Shown here piece after piece: positions 1 through 12,900 of a DNA stretch of 64,000 nt (its first letter is position 1; each line of letters starts with the position of its first letter). Origin of the DNA: Balanoglossus misakiensis (taxonomy: Eukaryota; Animalia; Hemichordata); assembly GCA_040954595.2 (NCBI GenBank), contig CM082581.2, forward strand, positions 14,023,921 through 14,087,920, read 5' to 3'. The notes under the pieces were generated by a model. It did no database searches, was not told the origin of the DNA, and was given only the letters and a program-made list of their open reading frames with translations. Made by a program: the position numbers and the translations under genes.

Positions 1-75
1 GATGATGATGATGATGAATTAATTTTATTCTTGGATGACAAAATAACAGTTTCTTTTATTTATTTCGTTGTACAG

Positions 76-1634
76 GCATCCATTCTTTGGTCAGGATATA
101 CCGACATCCAATGGCTCTGGATTTATTGTCAGTCCGAATGGATTGATCTTGACCAACGCCCATGTTGTGGCCAACAAGAAAACAGTCAAAGTGAAACTAC
201 AAGATGGCAGAGTGGTTGATGGGAAGGTCAAGGCCATTGACCCAGTGTCAGACATTGCAGCCGTTCAGCTTGATGTCAAGGTAGAATAATGTTTCAGTTT
301 GCAGATTTACAGGTGCTACATCTGATTGCAGTAGGCTTTTTATACAGTTGGATACTCAAAAAAAATTCTTCTTTATTGCATGCAAAATTACAACCTAGCG
401 ATTCATAAAAGGAGCCAATTCATTCAGTTGTTGATCTTTATTAGTAACTAGGAACAATTTTTAGAGTGTAGTGTAAACTGGCTTCTTTACTGACCAGCCT
501 CGTATTCTTACCTTTATTTTTCAGGGTACATTGCCTGCAATGAAGCTGGGCAGATCATCTGAGTTGAGACCTGGAGAGTTTGTCATTGCCATGGGAAGTC
601 CACTCGCGCTCAGCAACACCATCACATGTGGCATTGTCAGCTCTGCTAATCGAGGCAGCAGGGAACTTGGTCTGAGAAATAAAGACATGAACTACATCCA
701 GACAGATGCATCTATTAATGTAAGTGACAAAATATCATTCAGTTTAGCCTCTGTCTCCTTAGACTGGCAGTTGTGTGTGTTGAGGGGACTGTGAGTACTA
801 TCTATGAATGATGGAAGTACTAGCAAGGTTAAGTCAGTTCACCATCTCATATCTAATATTGTTTCTCTCCAGTTTGGTAATTCTGGCGGCCCATTGGTCA
901 ATCTGGACGGAGAAGCCATCGGTATTAACACCATGAAAGTGACAGCTGGTATCTCCTTTGCCATCCCTATTGACTATGCAAAAGAATTCCTACTGAGAAT
1001 GGAAAAGATGGAGAAAGAAAGTAAGTCCAATGTTAACGTTCGCAGATTACTCAGTCGTGAAAATTCTGCATGCATTGTGCACCTGTTGTACCTACTGCAC
1101 ACTGCCAAGAGCGTCTGAGATAAATTCAATCTCTGTGCATCTGTTTCAGGATCTCAACCCTCAGGTTGGTTTGGCAGCAGTAAAGATGACACAAAGAAGA
1201 TCACAGTGACACCAAAGAGACATTACATTGGTCTGACAATGTTGACCTTGACACCAAGTATTGTATGGGAGCTCCAACAGAGAGTTGAGAACTTCCCAGA
1301 TGTCAAGAATGGTGTATTGATCCATAGTGTTGTGGTGCAGTCACCCAGTTACAGGTAAGGTACTTTGCATTGGTCAGGGAGAGAAACATTCTAAAGAGAT
1401 TCTAAATTTCAAACTTGGATACATTTCAACTTGATATCACCTCATTGATAATCATTTCTTGATTGCAGTGCTGGGATAAGGCCTGGTGATGTGATTACTG
1501 ACATCAATGGAAATGCTGTCAAAAGTGCCAGTGATGTCTATGATGCAGTCAACAAGAACAAGACACTAAATGTTACCATCATCAGAAAGAATGCACAGAT
1601 CAAGGTCACTGTCAAACCTGAAGAAGTTAACTAA
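76..1634 (+). CDS. HTRA2: HTRA2/Omi-like mitochondrial serine protease (trypsin-like domain + PDZ), 5'-partial, last 5 exons
   Basis: Exons 76-280, 525-719, 873-1020, 1150-1354 and 1469-1634, all GT-AG with consistent phases, stop TAA at 1632-1634. Peptides [25 protein letters not shown] (catalytic His), DPVSDIA (Asp), [39 protein letters not shown] (Ser) and [17 protein letters not shown]...AGIRPGDVI closely follow human HTRA2 as recalled. The N-terminal exon lies before the window. Confidence 0.93.
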
Positions 1635-1862
1635 AAGATCAAAAAGAAATGCTTCATCTTGGCAGATATTTTTTTTATCATAGCTTGGTACCTACTTACT
1701 CTTAACATTTGCCATTTCAATTTCAGTTCTTACAGAGGTCTGTATCACTGATGATAACTTGTTTTTGCCAAAAAAATGGAGATTTTGATATTCTGATTTC
1801 TTCTTGATATGGAGTAAATGTTGCCTTTCAAACGCAATGCTTTCAAAAAGCAGACATTAAAA

Positions 1863-2185
1863 AATAAATCTATTAAATAAAAAGGTAATACTAGTATCAC
1901 CAAAGTTGATTAAAATGAAGATTTTTTGCCTTGAAGTGTACCTTGTGTGCAAAGTGTGAAAGCTGGTACAGTGTATTCACTTTTCTTGTAAGATTTTATT
2001 TAAAATAAACAGCAACTTCTAATTAGTTGTTTACATTGTATTTTATATCAAGCCCCAATTGAACTCAGTTGTTTGGGTGTAATGATTGATAAAGGTTTCT
2101 CCCATCCATTCCCTTGCTGTTGATTTTATCAATAAGATTATCAATATAAACTTTTTATTGACATTTCAAAATGAGAGTTAATAAA
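1863..2185. terminator. Convergent polyadenylation region of HTRA2 (+) and probably LRRC27 (-)
   Basis: Plus-strand AATAAA at 1863, 1876, 2004 and 2180; minus-strand AATAAA (TTTATT) at 1995-2000 and 2154-2159. Which sites are used is unknown. Confidence 0.45.
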
Positions 2186-2205
2186 AATACACTCTCATTA
2201 GGTGA

Positions 2206-2220
2206 TAGCGCCCTCTATGC
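2206..2220 (-). promoter_or_regulatory. CTCF-like motif between the HTRA2 and LRRC27 3' ends
   Basis: TAGCGCCCTCTATGC is the reverse complement of GCATAGAGGGCGCTA, which matches the CTCF core AG(A/G)GGGCGCTA. Confidence 0.45.
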
Positions 2221-3932
2221 ACCTACTGACATTTCCTTCATTGGGAGGAAAAGTACAAAGTATATAATCTTCATAAAACATGGCATTTGAAGTTCATTCA
2301 CCACTTTTTTGGCTTACACTACCTCTATTGAAAGATAATTAACATGCTCACTGGCTGTATACACTTATAGTGGATTCCAGCTGTTGTGCAACACTTCATG
2401 TTCTTACAGACGGCAAAAATACTTCAAATCAATCAGATTATCTGGTTAATTGCTCTCAAAGAAGACAGAAAGACATAAGTGCACTTTTAGCATGAGAGTT
2501 AAAGCAACTCTGCTCCAGTACTGAAATGTCTCGCACGCCAACCAATTTACTGCTAATAGTTACACTGTTATCGAACAGAAAGAAATGTGTCACATGGAAA
2601 AGTAAACTTTCAAGATTTTTCAAAGATAACTTAGGCTGTAATGGCACATAGCAGAATTGAAGGAGTGGAAGGTTGGAGGGTATACCCCATATTGCATCAT
2701 TTGGAAATTGTTAAAATATATTTGTAGACTAGGTTTCAAGTACAATGTTCAAAGAAATCAACCAAGCAAACATAAACTTGCCAGACTGCTGCATGCTGGA
2801 AATTCAAACCATCACCACAAAATCACCCATGTAGATGTACAGTTACTGAAAACATCAGTGGACAGTTAAAAACATGCCATGCAAGTTCCAACAAAGAGCC
2901 AATTCCTGAAAGCTCAGAGGTGAACATTTGCAGTCGAATACCACATGAAAATCCAGTATTCTTTGCAAAATGCTGACAAGTTGCAAACCTCAATGTCATG
3001 TTAATGGCTGAGCATTAAAGGGCACTTGACAAGCCATCAGTTAAACATTAATGACCGCCTTGAAAAGTAGGCACGATGTCAGTCTTCGTTTTGTTATCTT
3101 GTCATCACCAACTGTGTGGGATTATCGAGCCATCAGTACAGAGCTAAGGTGATGTGTCCACACTGCTTTGCTGAGAAACGGCGATGAAATTGCATTGTTC
3201 AGGAACATATGTCAGTTCATGTCTAACAAAAGATTTTCTTGCTCAGAGCAGTAGAAAGAGTGAAAACAAGCCAGGCTATTTTATGAATTTTTATTTGCTG
3301 ATGTAGTTTGAGAAGTTTGACTTTAATTGTAGCAGCTGCATGCACTACTCTACAAGCACGAGCAAAAATGACATTCAAAAACAACTTTCAAAATTCCAAC
3401 ACAAAAACAAAACACAACACAACACAAGATCAGAAACAAGGTCTTTTTGTACAGTTGTAACAAAATCATGTACAAAATGAAGTTTGTAGAAAAGTGGTGA
3501 CTTCCACCTGTGTCATTGAAATGTTGTTGCACAGAATCAATATGGCAGTCTGTCAAATGAATGGAATTTATCTTTGTGCATATACAATCTAAATTGGTCT
3601 GATAAAGAAATATAAACAAATTGACCAATCGTAGCCAACCATGTGACTGATGTGTGTTGTTCGACCCCAAGATTGCAGCTTACAGTGTAAAAAACATTTA
3701 TGTCATAAAAATGACAATTCTATCAAAAATATTACAATAAACATGGCAGAAATATCAAAAAACTATTTACAATAAATAATTTTTAATTTCGGCATTGTTT
3801 CTGTCCATAGTACAATAAAGCAACTTTTAAAAAAGTGCATAGCTGGATGCGGTCTGATTCAAATATAAACAGAATATTGATGTTTCTGTAGAGACTTCAT
3901 TTTGATATTGCTAGTACATGTATATGTTATGG

Positions 3933-6900
3933 TTATGGTACTGGTGAAACATCTCCTGTGAAGGCTTTAAATCTGTATTCCAGATCCACTCTACGAGAAT
4001 TCAGATCACGATGAAGTGCCTCAGCCTAGGAAATAAACATAAACATTATTCATTAAAATGTATTCTTGGTTTCTATGGTAATTGTTTACAGTAAAGACAT
4101 GTTTGTCAACAGAACAGACCCTGAGTGGGATATTGGTGTATTTTGGTCAAGTTTTTCTCTCAAATTACAGATGTAAATTTCTTACATAAAACTTTCAAAG
4201 AGTAATAATTGATATCTTCAATGATTACAGGAACAACTGATGTGCAGAGCAAACGTGGCCACAACAATCTGAGGACTATCACTCAAGTTGACTCCAAGAA
4301 ATGACATCATAGAGTCTGAGGTGAGCACAACTTCGCAAGTTGTATACTTGCTGCTAAACCGGGTGAAGAGTTTTAAAGATTTGACAGGCGTTCACAAACG
4401 TGAATGTTATGTAAAGCTCATGTAGTAAATCAGGCTTAACCCTTTCACCACCATGGTTTGGTCCAAATCCATTGTTTCTATGGTAAAGGTGGAAAATTTC
4501 AAACTTTCATGCAGTGAAAATAGAACGTTACTACATGTAGTGTAATGTAGGTGTATGTTTTTCTCTTCACTACTTTTTTACTACCTTTACTCCCCTACAT
4601 ATAATGGTTTATTCCATGCTTATACTCCTTTAAATATAATGATAGACAACCCTTTCTGCGGTGTATGATGTAATAGGCCCCTTTTTCAAGACATAAACCC
4701 TAGTGGACAAAGAGATACGAGTTGTCCAATTGCCACATTCAAGAAGTCGATTACTTTCCTGTCACTCAATGTGTTGGCATGAAAAGAGAATCTTTGCCAT
4801 GGAATTATCTGCTGTGATGTTAGTCAGTTTCCACAGAAACGTGAAATGTTCAAACTTGTTCAGCTGTTCATGATGACTAGTGGTGTCTGTCAGCAAATGA
4901 CTCTCACAGAAAGTTATATGTCTGACTCGTGTAAATGAACAACAGAGATAGATATACCTTTTGAATCAACCACATTAGCCAGTCGCGGTAATATCAGCTC
5001 TATTTGACAATTATTCACCAGGAAAAAAAGCAATTTTGCTTAAAACATGGCATTTTTTCCAGAAAAGGGTTTCTGACAGTAAATTATGAACTACCAGGTA
5101 GTGCAAAGAGGAGAATGGATACGTATTGAAAAATGGGTGCGACATGACATTTAATCTGGAAAAAAAAAGTGATTTACACATTAATTGGCAAGTAAAATTG
5201 CCATATACCCCTTTTTACCCTGAAGCAATCAGAATTTTATTTCTGGGGTAATTTGTGAAGATGCTCCTAGGTATGTTTCTTGAATAAGAAATTGAAATAC
5301 GAAGGAACCTTGACATGGACAATGATTAATTTCTAGACATGGACTTACGCTGGCCTTAAAATAGTCTAAGTTTGGAATACCGAGCTGGGAGGGGTAGCTG
5401 AAAAATTCAGAAAAGTGGTCAATAAATGATTAAGTGGGAAGTTATACAATTGTACAGACACAATTTGGATCAAAACAAGCAAGTATTAGGTGTTACAATA
5501 CGACACAATAAACGAGCAACTGACGCAAACAAATTAGAGTTATGCCTTTCAAACAGAAAAAAAAAATTACAAGAATTTTTTTCAAGGATGACAAAGAGAA
5601 ACACAAAACGCACACAGACAGAGAAGGAATAATCTCAATTAAGGAATAATATTTCAAGTGTGCATTATACTTCATGCGTATTGTGAGACATGCTCTGAGA
5701 AACATGCATGATTAAGAATTTATTGACATTTACAAAGAAATACCTCAACCTGTTACCGGTAATCGCACAATAGAACTACAAATATTTTGACATTATTTTT
5801 ATATCAATTAGTACACAGTAGCACTCAATTCCTCCATTTCTTTGTTGATGATTTTTATCATAAAAAGATTGAAATACAGAGCAGCTCATTTGAATTTTTG
5901 GCATGAATTCCTAATTTCCTGTTTAGATTGTTAATTGTACCTATTGATTTTTGTCAAGATCAATTAAATTTGAGAAAGTATAGAAAAGGCAGCGTTTACA
6001 ATATGCATACCTCAGGCATAGAAACGTGGCCGGCCGTATGAAGGAAATAGATGTAGACATAACAACCCTTCCCAACAGTGACTCATAACCATGGTTACCG
6101 ATAGTTACCATGGCATCCCATGGTAACTCAAAGTAAACAGTGTGAGTTGGTGGACTAGGGGAAATAAAAGTTACATAATGAACTGCTGTAGGTTTTTCTG
6201 CAGACAAAAGGCAGGTATTTACGTCATTCATAGCTTGACATTGTGTGTGGATGGATCATGCAAGTTTTATTATCAGGACCATTTAACTGACGGAATTTAT
6301 CAGCAACATGTTTTGCGATGTTCCCCGCATTCTAAGACACCGTAAGCATTAATGATAATGTTGCTCTTTTCCTAAGCTATCTCTGTTGGTGTATTGAAAG
6401 GGTTGAATTCAACATTATCATTGTTCATACATCAGTTGGACCACCAGTAATATTAATCCACCAGGTGAAACTTCTCAAATATTCCTGAAAAAAGCATGTA
6501 CTATGTACTTCATGTCGTGACAAACCTCGGACAAATTCAAGAACCTGATATAATTTAAATGTTCATTTTTACATCTCTCAAGTACTCCATTCTCAACCCC
6601 ACCATGTCTACACACAAATCAAAATTATCATGGTGCGAAACCCGCAGGAAAAAAAGAGTGGCAACTGCTCAACTGGCGTACGTATACAGTATGTGTACAA
6701 ATTTAGCGCCCTCTTATGTTTTTACGTGCACTTTCATAAATGTTTCCACCGTAATAATCAGCTGCAGAATGTTCAGTATTATACACATGAACGCACACAG
6801 TGAAGTACTAACTTCAAGTTTATGGGATGATCTCTACCTATTAGGCCGCACTAACTGATTTATTGTTTTTCGAGCTAACAGTGAAGTAGAGTTCAAAGAA

Positions 6901-9900
6901 AATCAGGGTCACAACATGTCAGCATCACTGATTGATAGCTTTCAGTATGTGGGTTTTTAATACTCCCCAGTTTGACTAAAAACCTTGCTCATATCAAACA
7001 ATTTGCAAAAGGCTACAGCTGCCGCAGATGGCCAGTTTCTTTTCTGATGAAAATTTGACATTTTCCTCCTCAACTACGATAACCATGAGATATATTCCCT
7101 TCAGCATAAGTGGTTGCTACGGTTACTAATTACGCAATTCTAAACCTTGCATCACCTGCAAAATGACAATAACCAAAGGCTCTATTTTCATAATGTTTCT
7201 GAAATGAGTTATGTTATAAAGTTATTTTGTTCAGAGAAACGTGTCTACTTCAGTGTTTTTTTAAAACAAAAAGCCGCCTCCATGCTTTTAGTCAATTATT
7301 TTGTTATTCTGTTGGGCAACTTGCCATGATCAATTCCAACAGCTTTTCGCAAAACGGCTTATTAACTGACGCACGCCAAATGCTTGCATGCGATTGAGTT
7401 GTTCCCTTCGGACATACAAATGACATTTACTGCAAAACAACGCTTTCACCTGTAGCATATTGTTTTACCCTGTCTGCATTCCACTCTACAAACTCATTTA
7501 TCACTAAACCTTTGATCCCATCATCTTTGTCTAACCTGGCCATAAATTTCTGAGCCTAATTCAGAGCACCTTGTTTTTACGACTGGATCGCGCAATAAGA
7601 CAGCCGACTCAGGTTCATTCTCTTTGTTCGATACATCTGCCTATCGCAAGATTACACTGACAAAATCACTAATGTTACTCGAGAAAGAAAAGTCAGGCAG
7701 GCAGAAATCAAGCGTCAAACAAATTCCATACAAGATAGAAAGGTTATCAGTGTGAGTCTGTGCAGTATCTGAGATTGAGTGCATCAAAGGAGGCTTGTAT
7801 CTTGTACTAATGACACATGGAGGCTCTTCTAGAAATCACCATGTTTTAAAAACTTGTTTTTCTCACTTGTTCGTGAGTCTAAAAAAGGCAAAAAGAACAT
7901 CAATATTGAAAGGGGCAATCAACCCTCTTTTTTCATACCTAAGACCAATTTGAAAGTAAAAGTATTCTCTGTTTTAAAGGTCTTTGCAAATCTGATTATA
8001 GGGGAGGGGGATATACACACAAATTTGTTGTTGAGAGAGAGACACACACATACACAGAGACAGAGCAGTTGTGTTCTTTCGGCATCTTTCAAACACCGAC
8101 ACTTTTGCAAAACAAGCCAGGGTAATTAAATGCAGTCAGGTTTTGGACTCACTCTATATGTACGTAGCGTAAAGTGCATTACAACACATTTCTGCTATCC
8201 ATCTGTCTAGAATTCAATTAAAAGCCTCTAATAAACTCAACATTTGCGCAAAGCTGCGGTTTTCACTCGAAAGCGGTCCCCAAGGGATGAAGCTGATGTT
8301 TACCGGCTGATTCGATCCGTCAGCAAATACGGGAAAAACGTCACGGATATTGACGGCAGTCCCTTCCGATGCACTCAGTCTCAATTACTGCCGACACGGT
8401 ATTTCAATTAAAAGCCACTTTGAGGACTTGTTACAAACATACTACACACATTGATCAAATAAGGACTTTTCAGATTCACCTCACGTCAACCCACTGCAAA
8501 GAAAGTCATGTTGCCTATAGGTTAGTTTCATTTTCTCAAACTACAAGCTTCCCCCCCCCCCTCCTCTAAAATGCTTGAAATTCATTTCTGAACATTTGAC
8601 GTACCATTTCTAGTTCCTTCTTAGCAGCTGCCATTTCTTCCTGGGGAGTTCCTTTGGGTTGTTGTCTCCGTTCTCTCATAATCTTGGTGTGCGTTTTGAT
8701 TCTTTCTTCCAGTTCCTTCTCCCTTGCGATCCTATAAAAAATAATACTCACTTGTCATATCTTTTCAAATTCAAGTATTACTTCTTACATAATTCCCCTT
8801 TTCATAATTGGTTGCTTAAGATAATTGTATGCCAGTCCAATTAAAGAAAGAATGAAGGAATAGACAATGCTAATTTTTATAGTTACAGTTTGAACCAGAA
8901 GGGGAAAAGTAGCGTCTTTCAGAAAGAAAAGTTTGTAATTGACATACCTGGATTCATCTAACCTTTGCTTGGATCTTGGTGACAACATGTTTTTCAAAGC
9001 CTCATGACGGTTCCTCACTTCTTGCTAAAAGTCAGAGAGAAAAAGAAAATAGCAGTTTAAAGTGAAACCCTGATTTGTACATTATCTTAATTAAACTCTT
9101 TATATTTAAGTTCCTATTGTCAGGTTTTGCCCCTACACCAATGTGCAAAGTATTCAAGAATTAATCATTTATCTGATGGCATTTATAGAGGAGTTTATAG
9201 AGATCAGACAGATGTATTTAAATATGCTGTGTCACCATGGAAACCAATGAAGATTGCAACATTACCACATTATATAGCATGGATGGAAATATCACAATAT
9301 ATTTTGTGAAAGATTCTCTCAACAAAATATATGTTTACTACCTTACAGAGAGCAATTTCCCCCGTGGCCAGTTGAACTCTAACCCCTCCCCTGACATATA
9401 ACCCACCATGTTTTTCAATCAACCGAGAAATTCACCCAAGATTCATCAATATGCCATTCCATGTGCTTTTCCTAAAGAACCCAACTGACTGAGCCAATAG
9501 TTGAATGCATGAGTAACTCATTGCAGGTCATTTCATGCATACGGAAGTGGCAAAGAGCTGGTCACAGGTGTTTCAAAGAGTATCTCATTTCATCACACGG
9601 TGAAATCAACATCGCCATTGAAGTCGACTGCATGAGTATTATTTCAAAACAGGAACTGACGTGATTTGAAAACAACTAGGGAAATGAAAACTTGTATGTT
9701 GATCGCTGACACTGTACGGTTTGTGAATCGGAATAGGATTAAAGAAAATTTAACAACAGTTTGTCACAATGGTTTAAATCGTTTTAGTGACTTAGTCGTC
9801 CATGAAAAATTATATTTCTTCCTCCAGGGGAGTTTAGTTCCTTTTGAAGAACAGCTATTAGCATCTTAATAACCATCTAAAGCCCTTCTGGCTTTCAGAT

Positions 9901-12900
9901 AGTTTTGTATATTTGAGGCACATGAGTCAGGCAATTTGTGCTTGTGTGGGCAGTTCTATGATGGCGAAATCATGCATGGCTTATAAATAGAATCATTATG
10001 GCTCACTTACTGTTACATAAAATAATAATGATGGGTTTTTTTTGCTGTGTAAGGAACATTTCTTGTTATGCATGTATACATAAGACTGATTTTGGCAAAT
10101 GTTGTGATGGTAAGGGTACCACAACCAACAACACTGAGGCAGGGATGGATATTTTTGCTAATACCTTGTAGTACAACTACCAGGATATCAGTTACAGCTC
10201 AGAACAGCCAATATTGTACAGCTCACCCTACAATTACATATTCATTATTTTATTATATTTTATTTTACCTTTATTCTGTCTTCCTTTGTCATTATTTTCA
10301 TGTAAGCTGGATCCGTGTCGTAAGGCGCACGTGACAGTGGATCAAAGAAATCTGAAAAACAAGGAATAAAAATTGATTTTTTATGAATAATTCACAGACA
10401 CTGAAATGTAATGATGATGTAGTTATAATTTCCAGAGATAAAGTGCCATAGAATAAACATAAAACACTGAAAGTGAAAAGATTGACCAAGGCATGTAAAA
10501 CTAAACTAAAGTTACACAAACCTTAAATTACAATTATAATAAATTATAATAAAAGTAGTAATGCAATGCCAACAAGGCAGTGGCTTTGTCTCTTTAACAT
10601 CTTGTGATAAAACTACCTGAAAAAATCTACAGCGCAAGAGGAGAGGACTGGAGAATTATATATTGCAAGTACAATAACACAATTCTTGCTTCTATGGCAG
10701 GAATTGCCTACAATATTGGAACTTTACAATTTATGTTGCGAGAAAATTACTTTTCTGACAAGAGTTGTAAATTTTAAAGAAGACAGAGTGAATTGAGACA
10801 ATTGGAAGAATTATTGTTATTGGTATAAATGTGCTATGTGTATGTGAAGGAAATATATTGGGCATGTTATTGTGTTCAATAGTGTGTGATAATTGCCCTT
10901 CTTGTAAAGGAGCGCGCAAGGTGTATGTGTGTGTGTGGGATGTGTGTGTGCACACGTGCGTGTGTGTGTGTGTGCATGACACATTGTATGCATGTGGTGT
11001 GCACGTGAGTTTTGTGTCATTATGCAGTGACCATTTACCTTGTGTAGCTGTACTAAACCATGCTATATAAACATCCAACAAAACAAAGCAAAACAAAAAC
11101 AAAGATGAAAACAAATAATAAGATTCAAACATCCCATCACCACCATCACACAAGCAGCAAACTTTAAATTTCACCATTTTTGCTTCAGCCACACAATGTT
11201 GCTCACTTTTGTGTATTTGTAGTAAATCATGTTTTATGTGAACTACAAAATTGTCTTTAATTATAGCATTTGTCATTTTGACAGATTTCTTCTAAATGGC
11301 ATCACTCAAAAATGGATCGAAATGTTTAGTACTTTATCCTTATTATTAAAGAATTCTGATGGGATAAAAACTGACAAGTACGCATGAAATCCTGGTGAGT
11401 GTGTTGTCACTGAACAAACAGGCACACAAAAACGAGTCTTGGAAGCAATTAGTCCATTTTAGAAGCTGTTGGATCATGTTGCGTGATCAGCTTTGGGGAA
11501 AGCTGTATAAGCTACCTCGTTGATTTGGATATCATGGGGTTTACAGTCAGGCAACGTATTCGTGCATACCAATGAAAGGGAATTTCAAAGGTGGCAATAT
11601 TCTGTTTGGAAATATCAAACAGGATCTACAAAATAAAGTGAGCAGCATCTTGCATTCAATTATTAAGCAGTATTCACCAAGCCATGCACATGTAGGCACA
11701 AACACATCCATTTTACGGAGGGCCCAGGGGGTTGGTGGGATGGGGGTGATAACACACACCAAATTTACAGCATTTAAAAAAAAACGAGGAAACAGACAAT
11801 CAAATTGAAAGATAATCACAAACAGGAAAAGGAAAAAGTGAACAAAAAGCTGGACAAAACAACACAAATGAAATAAAGGATTCTGGGATGTGTTTTGATA
11901 GTTTCTGTTAAGACTTTGGTGAGGAAATAACTGCCTGGTGTATAATGTCTAAAAGCTGTGATATTTGTGTTTTTACTTTGTGGGCAGTGGTGCTATATTG
12001 TAGATGGGATTGATGAGTCAGTAGAAAGGACACAAGACAATGCAAATGTACAGCTGCAACACAACCTGTAAAAATGTGCAAACTTGACACATAAGGCACA
12101 AAAACATACTGAAACCTTTAACAATGTATTTCTGAGTCATAGTGCCTCCATCATGCAATGGAAATGAGGACCGTATCTCGTACAGTCCAGAAGTACCAAT
12201 GGAAACAATTGAGTCAGACCCCAAACAGTCATGCAAAGATTTCAAACACATTAAGTTTTATGTACAGGCAAAAACCAGGGACAAACATCACATCATGACC
12301 TACAACAGTACACGGGTTGGGAGGGGTAGATACAGGGGAGGGAAGCTGGTGTGGGTGGGGGAGAAACACAACTCAAATGGAGCATCCAGTAATCTACTTA
12401 CGTTTACGGCCTACAGATGGAAAAAAACCAAAGACATATTTAACCATTCCGGAATCAAAGGAAGGGTATGTGGGATGAAGATGAAAATAAGGTGATCAGT
12501 TAGAAATGAAAATGAAATGTCAGTTTGTTACATGAAATGTGTTTAATGATGAAGTGTTACACTTATCAGAACCGGGTGTGTGTGATGTCTCAGCAAATAA
12601 AACAGACTGATGCATACATTTATTTGTTCTGTAACTGACCCTGTTAACTCTAAAACGAGCATATAATATAATGGGAAAAAATATGGTGAGATATTTTGTA
12701 CATCTGCTGAATTGATATTTTTGGAAATTTCTGAAGCATAACACCTTCTGTTTGAGTGAATGGAATGGCTACCATGGTAACTTTCTATTATTGGTAGGTT
12801 GTGTGGAAGAGAGAGCAGAGAAACTAATGCTCTGTGGGTTACAATGAATTATTTTGATTCAAGGATCTGTGACACGACTATGCATTCAAACAGTGATGTA

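Noticed and set aside
4958-4999. 42-nt AG/GT-bounded minus-strand segment (LILPRLANVVDSK)
   Set aside because: Open only in phase 1, which does not fit the phase-0 intron or the 32+49 chain.
10165-10227. Exon-like segment in LRRC27 intron 8
   Set aside because: Contains an in-frame TAA and lies only about 40 nt from the upstream donor.
10731-11276. 181-aa minus-strand ORF
   Set aside because: Runs through a (CA)n microsatellite and U-rich tract with low complexity; only the 24-nt microexon candidate inside it is credible.
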